Below are positions 9,694-18,496 of a DNA stretch of 64,000 bases, piece after piece. Positions within the stretch are counted from its first letter, which is position 1; each line of letters starts with the position of its first letter. The notes under the pieces were generated by a model. It was not told the DNA's origin, did not search any database, and worked only from the letters and a program-made list of their open reading frames with translations. Source of the stretch: an uncultured Gemmatimonadales bacterium (lineage in GTDB: Bacteria; Gemmatimonadota; Gemmatimonadetes; Gemmatimonadales; GWC2-71-9); the NCBI GenBank assembly GCA_963743195.1, contig CAVUOO010000001.1:289630-353629 (forward strand), given 5' to 3'. A program made the translations under genes and the position numbers.

Positions 9694-10884
9694 ATGCGCG
9701 GCGTACCACCGCTTCTCGTCGTTCTCTGGACGGCCGCCTGCACCCCTGCCCTCCAGCGAGCCACACCTGTGCCTGCGGCGCCGGCACCCACGGACAGCCT
9801 GGAGCTCTCTCTCTTCCTCATCGGTGATGCCGGGGGTCCGGCGTACAAGAACGAGCCGGTGCTGCAGGAATTCGCTCGGCAGTCGGACTCACTCAACCGA
9901 ATCCGCCGTTTCGTCGTCTTCCTCGGCGACAACGTTTATCCCAAGGGGATTCCGCCGATAGGAGACCCGAAGCGGGTCGATGCCGAGCAACGACTCGCGA
10001 CTCAGATCGCGGCGATCCGGCAGAGTGGCGCCAAGGGACTCCTAGTTCCGGGAAATCACGACTGGGAACGGCAAGGCAAGGACGGCTGGAACGCAGTCCT
10101 CCGTCAGGATTCACTCGCCCGAAGATTCGGCCGCGGCGACGTTGTGCTGCTCCCAGGCGGAGGGTGTCCAGGACCAGTCGTGATGGATGTGAGCCCCCAC
10201 GTCCGTCTCATCGCCCTCGACTCAGAGTGGTGGCTCCACAACGACGTGAAGCCCTATGGCGACACGTCACCGTGCCCGACGCGGACCTATCAGGAGGTCG
10301 TCGACTCTCTGCGGGGTGCCCTACGTGATAAGGGAAACCGCCAGGCGATCATCCTGACACATCACCCGATTCGCACGGGTGGTGTGCATGGCGGTGCCTT
10401 TAATTGGACCGACCACGTGTTCCCGTTACGGGTCGTAAAGTCATGGATGTGGCTTCCGTTGCCCATCATCGGCTCCATATACCCGCTGTCCCGACAGCTC
10501 GGAATCTCGAACCAGGACCTCAGCGGAAAGAAATACAAGGCGATGCGACGGGCGTTCGAGGGGGTGTTCCAGCAGTATCCGCCCCTCGTGTATGCCTCAG
10601 GCCACGATCACGACCTTCAAGTATTTCGTGGTGGGCGAACGGAGATCTCGGACGCTCAGTACCTGCTCGTTAGTGGAGCTGGAATTCTGGGCCATGAGAG
10701 TCGGGTGTATCCGAGGGAGGGATCGCTCTTCGAGAGCGCGGCGGCCGGGTTTATGCGCCTCGATGTCACCACCGACGGCCGCGTTCGCCTCTCCGTGACC
10801 ACTGTGACGCCTCGAAAAGGCTCCCGACCCGGCGAGGACAACGAGGTGTACTCCCTCTGGCTCACTCAAGAAAGCGGCTATTAG
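9694..10884 (+). CDS. Calcineurin-like metallophosphoesterase, lipoprotein
   Basis: ATG at 9694 lies 4 nt after the upstream stop and gives MRGVPPLLVVLWTAAC (lipobox). Motifs FLIGDAGG, FLGDNVY, GNHDW and SGHDHDLQ. Confidence 0.8.
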   Translation: MRGVPPLLVVLWTAACTPALQRATPVPAAPAPTDSLELSLFLIGDAGGPAYKNEPVLQEFARQSDSLNRIRRFVVFLGDNVYPKGIPPIGDPKRVDAEQRLATQIAAIRQSGAKGLLVPGNHDWERQGKDGWNAVLRQDSLARRFGRGDVVLLPGGGCPGPVVMDVSPHVRLIALDSEWWLHNDVKPYGDTSPCPTRTYQEVVDSLRGALRDKGNRQAIILTHHPIRTGGVHGGAFNWTDHVFPLRVVKSWMWLPLPIIGSIYPLSRQLGISNQDLSGKKYKAMRRAFEGVFQQYPPLVYASGHDHDLQVFRGGRTEISDAQYLLVSGAGILGHESRVYPREGSLFESAAAGFMRLDVTTDGRVRLSVTTVTPRKGSRPGEDNEVYSLWLTQESGY

Positions 10885-11082
10885 AGTAGATATCTTGGTG
10901 AGTTCGAGCGGCGTTTTGCCCAGGCCCGGCCGCATTTGCCTGACCGTTCGAACACGCTCCCCATCAAAGATCCAGCAAATCCCTGTCGACTCATAACTTG
11001 AATTAGTGAAGCAGTCGGCCCGCTTTGTGCAGATACCATACACCGTTCTGCGATTCCTTCGACACCCTCTAGCCTAACCGGA

Positions 11083-12633
11083 ATGTATCGACGGTTCATC
11101 CTGTGCAGCGCGATCGCCGGTCTCTCAGCCTGCGCGTCCAACCTGCCGCCTGCACCCGCCGCTCTCCCGGTAACCGCTGGGGTGGATACCGCCGCCCCTC
11201 CGATAGACATTTCTGAGCTCTCCGGCGATACCGCAACGGCCGACGCCCTGGTCCTCAACGACCTCGCGGCGTCCGCACCCGATGATAAGATCGTTCCCGC
11301 GTTCGACGCTCAACGCGTCCGCTGGGACATCGACGTCGAGACCTATTCGTCACACCCCCGGGTCCAGTATTATCTGGGGTACTTCGAAGGGGTGGCCCGC
11401 ACGGGAATGGAGGCCTTCCTTCAGCGTGGCGCCCGGTACGAGCCCATGATCCGCCGACGCTTCGAGGCAGAGGGCCTCCCGGGAGACCTGGGATATCTGG
11501 CCCTGATCGAGAGCGGCTACTCGAACGAAGCCGTCAGCCGCGCCTACGCAGTCGGAATGTGGCAGTTCATGCTGGGGACCGGTCGCGGATACGGGCTTCG
11601 GGTCGACTCCTGGGTGGACGAGCGGCGTGACCCGGTCAAGGCCACCGATGCCGCGGCTCGCCATCTCAAGGATCTCCGCGATCGGTTCGGCAGTTTGTAC
11701 CTTGCAGCTGCGGCGTACAACGCAGGCGCAGGCAAGGTTTCGCGCAGCCTCGGCAAGCTGCAGTGGGATAGCCCCGCCGAGCCACTCGCCGAGGCGGCAG
11801 TCGCCGACTCCCTGGCTGTCGCAGACGACAGTACGCTGGCGTCGTCGGACACGACCGGCGACGACAGTGATGAAGAGGCGGATGCTCCCGCCGAAATCAA
11901 CGACGTCACCAGCGATGCCGCGTTCTTCCGGCTCGCGTCCAATGACCTGTTGGCCTCCGAGACTCAGGATTACGTGCCGAAGCTCATCGCCTCGGCGCTG
12001 ATCGCGAAGGCCCCCGAGCGGTACGGGTTCATCGCTCCCACAGGCCAGTCGTTCGAGTATGATTCCATAGTGGTCACCGAAGCGACCGGGCTCGATGTCA
12101 TCGCCAGGCTCGCGGAGACCGACCTGTCGGAGATCCGGGACCTCAACCCGCAGTATCTCCGGCTCGCCACGCCGCCGCGGTCGACATCGGTCATTCGGTT
12201 GCCTCCAGGAACGGGGGCCGGCGTGGCGGAGCGTTATGCTGACCTGCCTTCCTCCCAGCGGGTTCGTTTTCTCCGGTACCGGGTTCCCCGGACCGAGCGG
12301 CTTACGGCGATCGCCGCGCGCTACCACCTGCCGGTCGCCGATGTTCGCGCGGCGAACCCGCAGGTCAAGACTTCGCGGCCGATGGCGGGAACCATGCTCG
12401 TCATTCCCGCGGTGGCGACGCCTTCGGCTCTTGCCATGCGCGCGACCGGCGCGGTCGGCTCCTCCCACGCGCATCGCGGCGGCCGCGGAAAGATCCACCG
12501 CGTGCGGCGGGGCGAGACATTGAGTGGAATCGCCAGACGGTATCGCGTATCGGTGCGGGCACTGAGCCGAGCCAATGCGTTGGCCAGCCGGAGTGACATT
12601 CGCGCCGGGATGCGGCTTCGCATTCCCGGATGA
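11083..12633 (+). CDS. MltD-like lytic murein transglycosylase with C-terminal LysM domains
   Basis: SLT core LALIESGYSNEAVSRAYAVGMWQFM ... AAAAYNAGAGKV. LysM-like segments YRVPRTERLTAIAARYHLPVADVRAANP and HRVRRGETLSGIARRYRVSVRALSRAN. Lipobox-like N-terminus GLSAC. Confidence 0.85.
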   Translation: MYRRFILCSAIAGLSACASNLPPAPAALPVTAGVDTAAPPIDISELSGDTATADALVLNDLAASAPDDKIVPAFDAQRVRWDIDVETYSSHPRVQYYLGYFEGVARTGMEAFLQRGARYEPMIRRRFEAEGLPGDLGYLALIESGYSNEAVSRAYAVGMWQFMLGTGRGYGLRVDSWVDERRDPVKATDAAARHLKDLRDRFGSLYLAAAAYNAGAGKVSRSLGKLQWDSPAEPLAEAAVADSLAVADDSTLASSDTTGDDSDEEADAPAEINDVTSDAAFFRLASNDLLASETQDYVPKLIASALIAKAPERYGFIAPTGQSFEYDSIVVTEATGLDVIARLAETDLSEIRDLNPQYLRLATPPRSTSVIRLPPGTGAGVAERYADLPSSQRVRFLRYRVPRTERLTAIAARYHLPVADVRAANPQVKTSRPMAGTMLVIPAVATPSALAMRATGAVGSSHAHRGGRGKIHRVRRGETLSGIARRYRVSVRALSRANALASRSDIRAGMRLRIPG

Positions 12634-12869
12634 CCGTCCACCTTCACACGGAACCCAGGGACCTCCACGTGCCGGCTGACCACGTCGCTGGAAACGGAAC
12701 CACCGGGCCAGCGCCCGTCTCGACGCGGACCGCTTTCGCCGTACTGGGATCGATGATCTTCTTGATCCTCGCTCTGACCGTGGTCCTGGCAGAGAGCACC
12801 TGGGGACATGCCCCGAGCACCGCACAGAGCGCCCCCGTGCTCTATCACGACCGGCTGGGAGCTCGCTGA
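12630..12869 (+). CDS. Small single-pass membrane protein candidate
   Basis: ATGA overlap with the MltD-like stop. One hydrophobic helix AFAVLGSMIFLILALTVVLA. Third-position G+C is high. No family recognised. Confidence 0.35.
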   Translation: MTVHLHTEPRDLHVPADHVAGNGTTGPAPVSTRTAFAVLGSMIFLILALTVVLAESTWGHAPSTAQSAPVLYHDRLGAR

Positions 12870-12873
12870 GTCC

Positions 12874-13947
12874 GTGCGAATTCCGCGACTGCTCGTCTCC
12901 GCCATGCTGCTTGCCGCGGTTGTCCGATCTGCGGCGGCAGAGACTCCCGCGCAGATCAGGGGGTACTCCAACCGGGATTCGGTGGCATCTGACGACACGC
13001 TCAGGCTGCGGACGATCGCGGCGGTCTCTCGGGCGCGGAGGTCGGCGATCCTGGCCGGTTCCCTCGTGTCGGGATACCTCTCGATGCGTGGCCTCCCTCC
13101 CGTGGCGGGTGCGTTCGCGGTAACCGACTCCGGCCTCGTGTTCTACGCCGCCAATCGCGCATTTACCGCGACCTTCCCCATCGTCGGGCCGTTGCGCGAA
13201 ACGGGGGGTAAGACGTGGCGGGCCTCCGCGGTGTCGGTGGCCTACACCCACAAGGAACAGGGACGCACCGTCTACCTGATCCGGGTGGACAATGGCTTGT
13301 TCGAGACCGATTCCCCTGGGCCCCTGCTGGATCTGGCCAGCCATCCTACCTGGCTCGACAGCCTCGGCTCGCGCGAATGGACGGTCGAAACACCGCTGAC
13401 TGACTACAACAACCGAGTCGGGATGAACGGGCTCATTCGGTCGCTGGTCACCAGCCGCTACGCCGATACGCTGTTTGCGCTCTTTGGTCGCCCGCACCAG
13501 CCGGTCGGCATTGTCGGAGCGCGCGGACGCGCCGCCGGACGCCTCGGTGAATACGTCGCCTCACGCGACTCGCTGGCACTCGACCCATCGCGAATGAGTA
13601 CCCGGGTACAACTGCGGCACGCCCTCGCGCATGAGCTCGCCCATCGCTGGCAGGCACGCGCGCCGGCGCAGATGGCCCTGCTGTGGCAGGGCACCCCACC
13701 GATCCGGGATCCCAGGCGGTACGGCTACGGCAGCGTGTCCGAGCACCAGGCCGAGGCCGTGGCGTTCGCCATCAACTTCCTCCAGCTCACGGCCGCATCG
13801 AAGCCCACGTCTGACCAGGCCGAGCTGCTCGACCATTATGAGCTCCTCGTCCCCGGCACCAGCATGATGGTGCGGTATCTCGCCCTCCAACCGATCTACA
13901 CTCGGCACCCGCTGCGACGCCTGCTCACCACCGGACAGGATCACTAG
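12874..13947 (+). CDS. Secreted HExxH-motif protein (putative zinc metallopeptidase)
   Basis: In-frame GTG at 12874 lies 4 nt after the previous stop and gives VRIPRLLVSAMLLAAVVRSAAAE. Motif HALAHELAHRWQ with a downstream EHQAEAVAF. An alternative ATG start is at 12808. Confidence 0.55.
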   Translation: MRIPRLLVSAMLLAAVVRSAAAETPAQIRGYSNRDSVASDDTLRLRTIAAVSRARRSAILAGSLVSGYLSMRGLPPVAGAFAVTDSGLVFYAANRAFTATFPIVGPLRETGGKTWRASAVSVAYTHKEQGRTVYLIRVDNGLFETDSPGPLLDLASHPTWLDSLGSREWTVETPLTDYNNRVGMNGLIRSLVTSRYADTLFALFGRPHQPVGIVGARGRAAGRLGEYVASRDSLALDPSRMSTRVQLRHALAHELAHRWQARAPAQMALLWQGTPPIRDPRRYGYGSVSEHQAEAVAFAINFLQLTAASKPTSDQAELLDHYELLVPGTSMMVRYLALQPIYTRHPLRRLLTTGQDH

Positions 13948-13996
13948 ACGAGCGCGTAGGCAGGTGGCGGAGCATCGGTGATGTCGGCGTGTCCGC

Positions 13997-14212
13997 CTAG
14001 CCTCCGGCCTTCTGCCATCTTCGGAGCGCCACGAGCGCCCAAATCGCTTCGACCAGTCCGAACGGCCACGCACCCTGGAGAAACCCGTAAATCGATCCGA
14101 GGACACAGGCGCCGGCAAAGGCGAGAGTGAAGCGCCTGCTTCTCGACTCCAGGGCATACGTGACGAGCATCGCCGTGACGGCGAAGAGCCCGAACGCGCT
14201 CAGTCGATCCAT
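13997..14212 (-). CDS. Small two-helix membrane protein, hypothetical
   Basis: 71 aa: MDRLSAFGLFAVTAMLVTYALESRSRRFTLAFAGACVLGSIYGFLQGAWPFGLVEAIWALVALRRW. Confidence 0.4.
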   Translation of the reverse strand: MDRLSAFGLFAVTAMLVTYALESRSRRFTLAFAGACVLGSIYGFLQGAWPFGLVEAIWALVALRRWQKAGG

Positions 14213-14243
14213 GGCGGGGAGTCTCGGGATGAGGCGGGACGAG

Positions 14244-14315
14244 AGCCACTGGTCGGATTTGAACCGACGACCGCTCGATTACGAATCGAGTGCTCTACCC
14301 CTGAGCTACAGTGGC
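14244..14315 (-). tRNA. tRNA-Thr (anticodon CGU)
   Basis: Hand fold: acceptor GCCACTG/CAGTGGC, anticodon loop TTCGTAA, T-loop TTCAAAT. Confidence 0.85.
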
Positions 14316-14358
14316 GACCTGCGGAGAAGAGGGGCGCACAGCGTGCGCCCCCGATTCA

Positions 14359-14440
14359 TGCCCTGGCGCGGATTCGAACCGCGACGCCTTTCGGCACTAC
14401 CCCCTCAAGATAGCGTGTCTACCAGTTTCACCACCAGGGC
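14359..14440 (-). tRNA. tRNA-Leu (anticodon GAG), long variable arm
   Basis: Hand fold: acceptor GCCCTGG/CCAGGGC, anticodon loop TTGAGGG, variable arm TGCCGAAAGGCGT, T-arm CGCGG-TTCGAAT-CCGCG. Confidence 0.85.
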
Positions 14441-14485
14441 AGGCGCGGCAAAATAGCTTCCCGTCCAGTACCGGGTCAACCGCCT

Positions 14486-16381
14486 TCAGAACAGACGCGT
14501 CGTAGGGAAGGGGCTGCCTGCGATCGCTGCACCGTTGATCGTGATGCTGACCTGGTAAGTCCCTCTACCCGGCGCGAACGTCGCCTTGTACGTGCCATCC
14601 CCGTTGTCGGTTACTGCCACGGAGCCAGCCTCGTAGGTAATGGCCACGACATCTCCGCCCCGGTTGAGCGGATTGTCGTTTGCATCCTTGGCAGTCACGG
14701 TGATCGCCGTGGCGAACAGGAAGGTCCGCGGCACGTTCGCCGTCGTGTGCGCGGCATCGGCAGGTCCGGCGCTCACCGTGCTCGAGAACGGACTCCCCGG
14801 TACATCGCTCCCGCTCACTCGAACGCGAACTTGATCGGTGCCTGTCTTGAGCGGCGTGTAGCTGAATGTGTAAGCGCCGCCACCCGTTTCGCTCACGGGT
14901 CCACTCGCGGTATTCGCGCCACTCACCGTTACCGAGATCTTGTCTCCCGCGCCCGTGACCGGATTGTTGGAAGCGTCGCGCAGGGTGATCGTGACCTGAG
15001 TCGCGGCGCCGGCGGTTCCAGCTCCGACCTGGGCGCTGCTCGCCGATGCCACCGGTTGTCCAGCGTTCACTGTCACAGTCGCCGTCTGACCCGCGGTCGT
15101 CCCTCCCACCATCGCCGAGACGACGTGTGCTCCCGGTGACGTCGAGCTGAACTTGCCAATCGCGACGCCTTGCGCGTTCGTCGGCCCCGATGGTTGAGCG
15201 ATGGTATTGCCGGTGCCGGTGGCGGCGATGGAGACGGGGACATTCTGGAGTGGATTGCCGAACGCGTCGGTCGCCGTGACGGTGATCGTGCTGAAATCGC
15301 CGCCGGAGCTGGCCGGGATCGAGGTCGGTGCCGCCGACACCGTGCTCTTCGAGGCGTCGAGAGCGCCGGCCTGCGCCGTGGCGTGGAACGTGACGGGATT
15401 TCCACTCACGCCACCGGTGCCGATGCGGGCCTCCAGCGTGTTCGACCCCGTCACGGTGCCAAGGGTCCACTTGCCCACTGAGGCCGTTCCATCGGCGCCG
15501 GTAATCTGGTCTCCACCCGAAACGCGTCCACCGCCTGATTTCACGGCGAAGTTCACCGGGATGCCGACGACTGGGTTGCCGGTTGCGTCCTTCACCAGCA
15601 CCGCCGGTGATACCGGAAGGTCGCTCCCCACCGTGCCCGTCTGTCCCTCTCCGGCGACGCCTTCGATGGAGGCGGGCGCTCCGACTCCGAGCGCTATGGG
15701 CGAGGAAATCGCAGAGGCGAATGCGTCCGTGGCAAAGATGAGCGTACGTACACCTGCAGGCCCAGTGATGACGAGATCGGTGAACGACACCTGGCCCGCA
15801 GCATCGCTCGAGGCAGTCGTTGTCCCGCCGAGGGTGCCGCCGCCACTCGAGATCTGAACGGTGACCGCAACCCCTGACTGCGCGATCGGGCCGCCGCCGG
15901 CGTCGCTGAGCTGCAGGACCGGCTGGGGATTGAGCGCGGTGCCGGATGTCGCGATGGCGCCGGGCTGGGTCGTGATGAGCAGCTTGGAGGCCAGACCCGT
16001 GGCGACGAAAACCGCCGGATCGCCCGTGAACCCGGTGACGGTGGCGCGGGTGGGGAAAGTCCCCGGATCCGCGCCGAGGATCCGCGTCGTGGAGGCGCGA
16101 CCGTCGCCGTCCGTCGTGGACGTCGTTGGAGCGACCGACCCTCCATTATCGGCACTCCACGTCACCTCGGCCCCGGCAACCGGATTGTCGAAGCGGTCGG
16201 TCACACGGATGACGAGCGAATCCGGCAACGGCTGACCCACCGTACCGTTCTGACGATCGCCGCGCACGACCGTGAGCTTGGCCGGCTGTCCTTCGTTCGG
16301 CAGCGTGAGGTCGCTGCCGCCGCACGATATGATCGCGAGAATTGAGAGCAGGGAAGACCAGCGGACGGAGCCTCGAATCAT
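14486..16381 (-). CDS. Ig-like (Big_1/invasin-type) repeat surface lipoprotein, 631 aa
   Basis: Lipobox ILAIISCGGSDLTLP. Repeated modules of about 90-100 aa such as VRGDRQNGTVGQPLPDSLVIRVTDRFDNPVAGAEVTW and TVTATDAFGNPLQNVPVSIAATGTGNT. It starts 1 nt after the upstream paralog stop. Confidence 0.85.
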   Translation of the reverse strand: MIRGSVRWSSLLSILAIISCGGSDLTLPNEGQPAKLTVVRGDRQNGTVGQPLPDSLVIRVTDRFDNPVAGAEVTWSADNGGSVAPTTSTTDGDGRASTTRILGADPGTFPTRATVTGFTGDPAVFVATGLASKLLITTQPGAIATSGTALNPQPVLQLSDAGGGPIAQSGVAVTVQISSGGGTLGGTTTASSDAAGQVSFTDLVITGPAGVRTLIFATDAFASAISSPIALGVGAPASIEGVAGEGQTGTVGSDLPVSPAVLVKDATGNPVVGIPVNFAVKSGGGRVSGGDQITGADGTASVGKWTLGTVTGSNTLEARIGTGGVSGNPVTFHATAQAGALDASKSTVSAAPTSIPASSGGDFSTITVTATDAFGNPLQNVPVSIAATGTGNTIAQPSGPTNAQGVAIGKFSSTSPGAHVVSAMVGGTTAGQTATVTVNAGQPVASASSAQVGAGTAGAATQVTITLRDASNNPVTGAGDKISVTVSGANTASGPVSETGGGAYTFSYTPLKTGTDQVRVRVSGSDVPGSPFSSTVSAGPADAAHTTANVPRTFLFATAITVTAKDANDNPLNRGGDVVAITYEAGSVAVTDNGDGTYKATFAPGRGTYQVSITINGAAIAGSPFPTTRLF

Positions 16382-16382
16382 C

Positions 16383-18446
16383 TCACCGCTTGTTCACATC
16401 GAACGAGCTGCTCGTGACCGTGCCAAGCGAGGGCCGCGACGGCGCGGACGCGGTCAACACGTATCCGGTACCACTCCGTCTCACCTTGAGGCCGTCGAAG
16501 ACGGCGACGCCATTCGTCGTGTTCTTCGTGCCGCCTCTCAATTGGCCACTCGAGGGTGTGAGTGAGAGCTCGATGCGCAGGCCTGAAATCGGAATGACGT
16601 TCCCGCCGTCATCAACGGTCGCGACCTCGACCGATGGAGTGATGTCTCGATCCTCCTGCTGGGGACTTGCCGGCTGCACCTTGAAGATAAGCCGTGTGGC
16701 CGCAGGATTCGCCTGCGCCGTGAAGACTGCGGGACTTCCGTTCAGCCCCGTTGCCCGGGCCTCGAGCGTGTTGGTGCCGGCATCGCCGAGTACCCAGCTG
16801 CCGACCGTCGCCACGCCATTGGAGTTCGTGGTCTGCGAGGCGCCGGTGACCGAGCCATTGCCCCCCGTCACGACGAACGTCACCCCGAACCCGGCCACCC
16901 CCTGCCCCTGATCGTTGGTCACTTTGACGGACGGCGCCACCGCGACGGCAGTGCCCGCGTCGGCGGTTTGCCCATCCCCGGCAACGATCTTGAGCGTCGT
17001 CGCCGGCGCCAGCGTCACGACGACCTCGGCCGTTTGAGTGATCTGGACGGTCGTGTTCACCGTCGCGCTCACGACCTTGGTCCCCGGCACATTCGAGGAG
17101 AGCGACCCGGTCGCCACGCCGTCCGAGCCGGTCGTCCCACTCGGTTGCGACAGCGTGTTACCGCTCCCCGTGGCGCTGAGGCGCACGCTGGCGCCCGAGA
17201 CGGGAGCGCCGCTGCCATCACGCACCGTCACCGTGATCGTGGACGACCCCGATCCCGCTACGATCGTGCCGGGTGATGCTGAAACCGTGGAGTTGGTGGC
17301 GCTCGGACCCGATCCGCCACCACCGCCACCTCCTCCACCCCCTCCACCTCCGCCACCGGTCGACGTTGCCGTGAACTGGATGATACCCACGCCGGAGACG
17401 ACGGCGTTGTAAGTGTTGGTGGTGCCGCTCTTGGGTCCCAGTGTGAATCTCGCCGATGCCATCCCATTGGCGTCCGTGTTCCCGCTCGGCACGACACTTC
17501 CTCCGCCAACCCCGGGGACCCAGCTCACCGGGTTGCCGGAGATCGGATTGCCCACGGCATCAACCAGGCGGACAACCAGTGGATCGGGAAGCTCGGCGCC
17601 AGGCGGGCCGGTTTGACCATTGCCCGAGACGAGCTGAAGCGAGGAGGCAGGGCCCGATGTGCTGGTCTGCGTGAAGGCCACAGGGCTGCCGTTGAGTCCG
17701 CTCGCCGAGGCGGTCGTGAGCTGCGTGCCGGCCCCTGATCCGAGTGTACGCAGGGTAGAAGCCTGTCCATCGGCACCTGTGATCGACGTCGCGGGGCTCA
17801 CACTACCGCTATTCTGCGGATCCCATGTCACCGTGACGCCTGAAACCGGATTGCCGAACTGATCGGTCACGACGACGACGAGCGGCGCGGGCAATTGCGT
17901 GCCGGCTGGCGCCGACTGATTGTCACCCGAGCTCATCGCTATGGTGGTCGCGGCGCCGGCGGCAGCGGTGGCTGTGAACGTCGTGGTTGGAGAGGACTGG
18001 AGACCGGGAATGGTCGCCGAGACCGTCTGAGCCCCGGACTTGCCGCCCAGGACCCACTGGGCCGAGGCGTGACCCGACGCATTCGTCGTCGTGGTGTCGG
18101 GCGAGACGGTGCCCGATCCCTCGTCGGCAGGCACGAACGCCACGCGGACACCAGCAACGGCTTGGCCCTGACGATCCGTGACGGTGACGACGAGCGAGTC
18201 GCGAAGCGCCTGACCGACCGCACCGTTCTGCGCATTGCCGGCACTCGCGGCCATTGCAGACGGGCCACCGTCGTTCGGCAAGACAAGGTCACTGCCTCCA
18301 CAGCCCAGCAGGGCCAGCAGGCAGAGGTACGACAGGTTCAATCGGATCGAAAATGAGCGCCGCTTGCTTGGCGGCGTCGTCGGCTCGCGCGGCATCGTGA
18401 TCATACGGTAATCCGGATACCGCCGGGGCGATAGGGCGTGGGTCAC
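16383..18446 (-). CDS. Ig-like repeat surface lipoprotein with a 15-residue poly-Gly linker, 687 aa
   Basis: Lipobox LLALLGCGGSDLVLP. Same module types as its neighbours. The Gly15 run separates the N- and C-terminal repeat sets. Start ambiguous (18446, 18404 or 18395). Confidence 0.85.
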   Translation of the reverse strand: MTHALSPRRYPDYRMITMPREPTTPPSKRRSFSIRLNLSYLCLLALLGCGGSDLVLPNDGGPSAMAASAGNAQNGAVGQALRDSLVVTVTDRQGQAVAGVRVAFVPADEGSGTVSPDTTTTNASGHASAQWVLGGKSGAQTVSATIPGLQSSPTTTFTATAAAGAATTIAMSSGDNQSAPAGTQLPAPLVVVVTDQFGNPVSGVTVTWDPQNSGSVSPATSITGADGQASTLRTLGSGAGTQLTTASASGLNGSPVAFTQTSTSGPASSLQLVSGNGQTGPPGAELPDPLVVRLVDAVGNPISGNPVSWVPGVGGGSVVPSGNTDANGMASARFTLGPKSGTTNTYNAVVSGVGIIQFTATSTGGGGGGGGGGGGGGGSGPSATNSTVSASPGTIVAGSGSSTITVTVRDGSGAPVSGASVRLSATGSGNTLSQPSGTTGSDGVATGSLSSNVPGTKVVSATVNTTVQITQTAEVVVTLAPATTLKIVAGDGQTADAGTAVAVAPSVKVTNDQGQGVAGFGVTFVVTGGNGSVTGASQTTNSNGVATVGSWVLGDAGTNTLEARATGLNGSPAVFTAQANPAATRLIFKVQPASPQQEDRDITPSVEVATVDDGGNVIPISGLRIELSLTPSSGQLRGGTKNTTNGVAVFDGLKVRRSGTGYVLTASAPSRPSLGTVTSSSFDVNKR
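17313..17357 (-). repeat. Low-complexity tract encoding 15 consecutive glycines
   Basis: Minus-strand codons ggt ggc gga ggt gga ggg ggt gga gga ggt ggc ggt ggt ggc gga. Mixed synonymous codons, so it is not a pure nucleotide repeat. Confidence 0.9.
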
Positions 18447-18496
18447 ACATGGGCCAGGAGAATCGCCGCTGTGCTAAAGCGTGCCAATTATTGCAC

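Noticed and set aside
11350-13497. 715-aa minus-strand ORF overlapping the MltD-like and HExxH genes
   Set aside because: Arg/Gly/Pro-rich nonsense composition, antisense to genes with clear family motifs. This is a typical shadow ORF of GC-rich DNA.
17313-17357. Poly-Gly tract as a phase-variable simple sequence repeat
   Set aside because: The nucleotide sequence uses mixed GGN codons without a long perfect repeat unit, so slipped-strand switching is unlikely.
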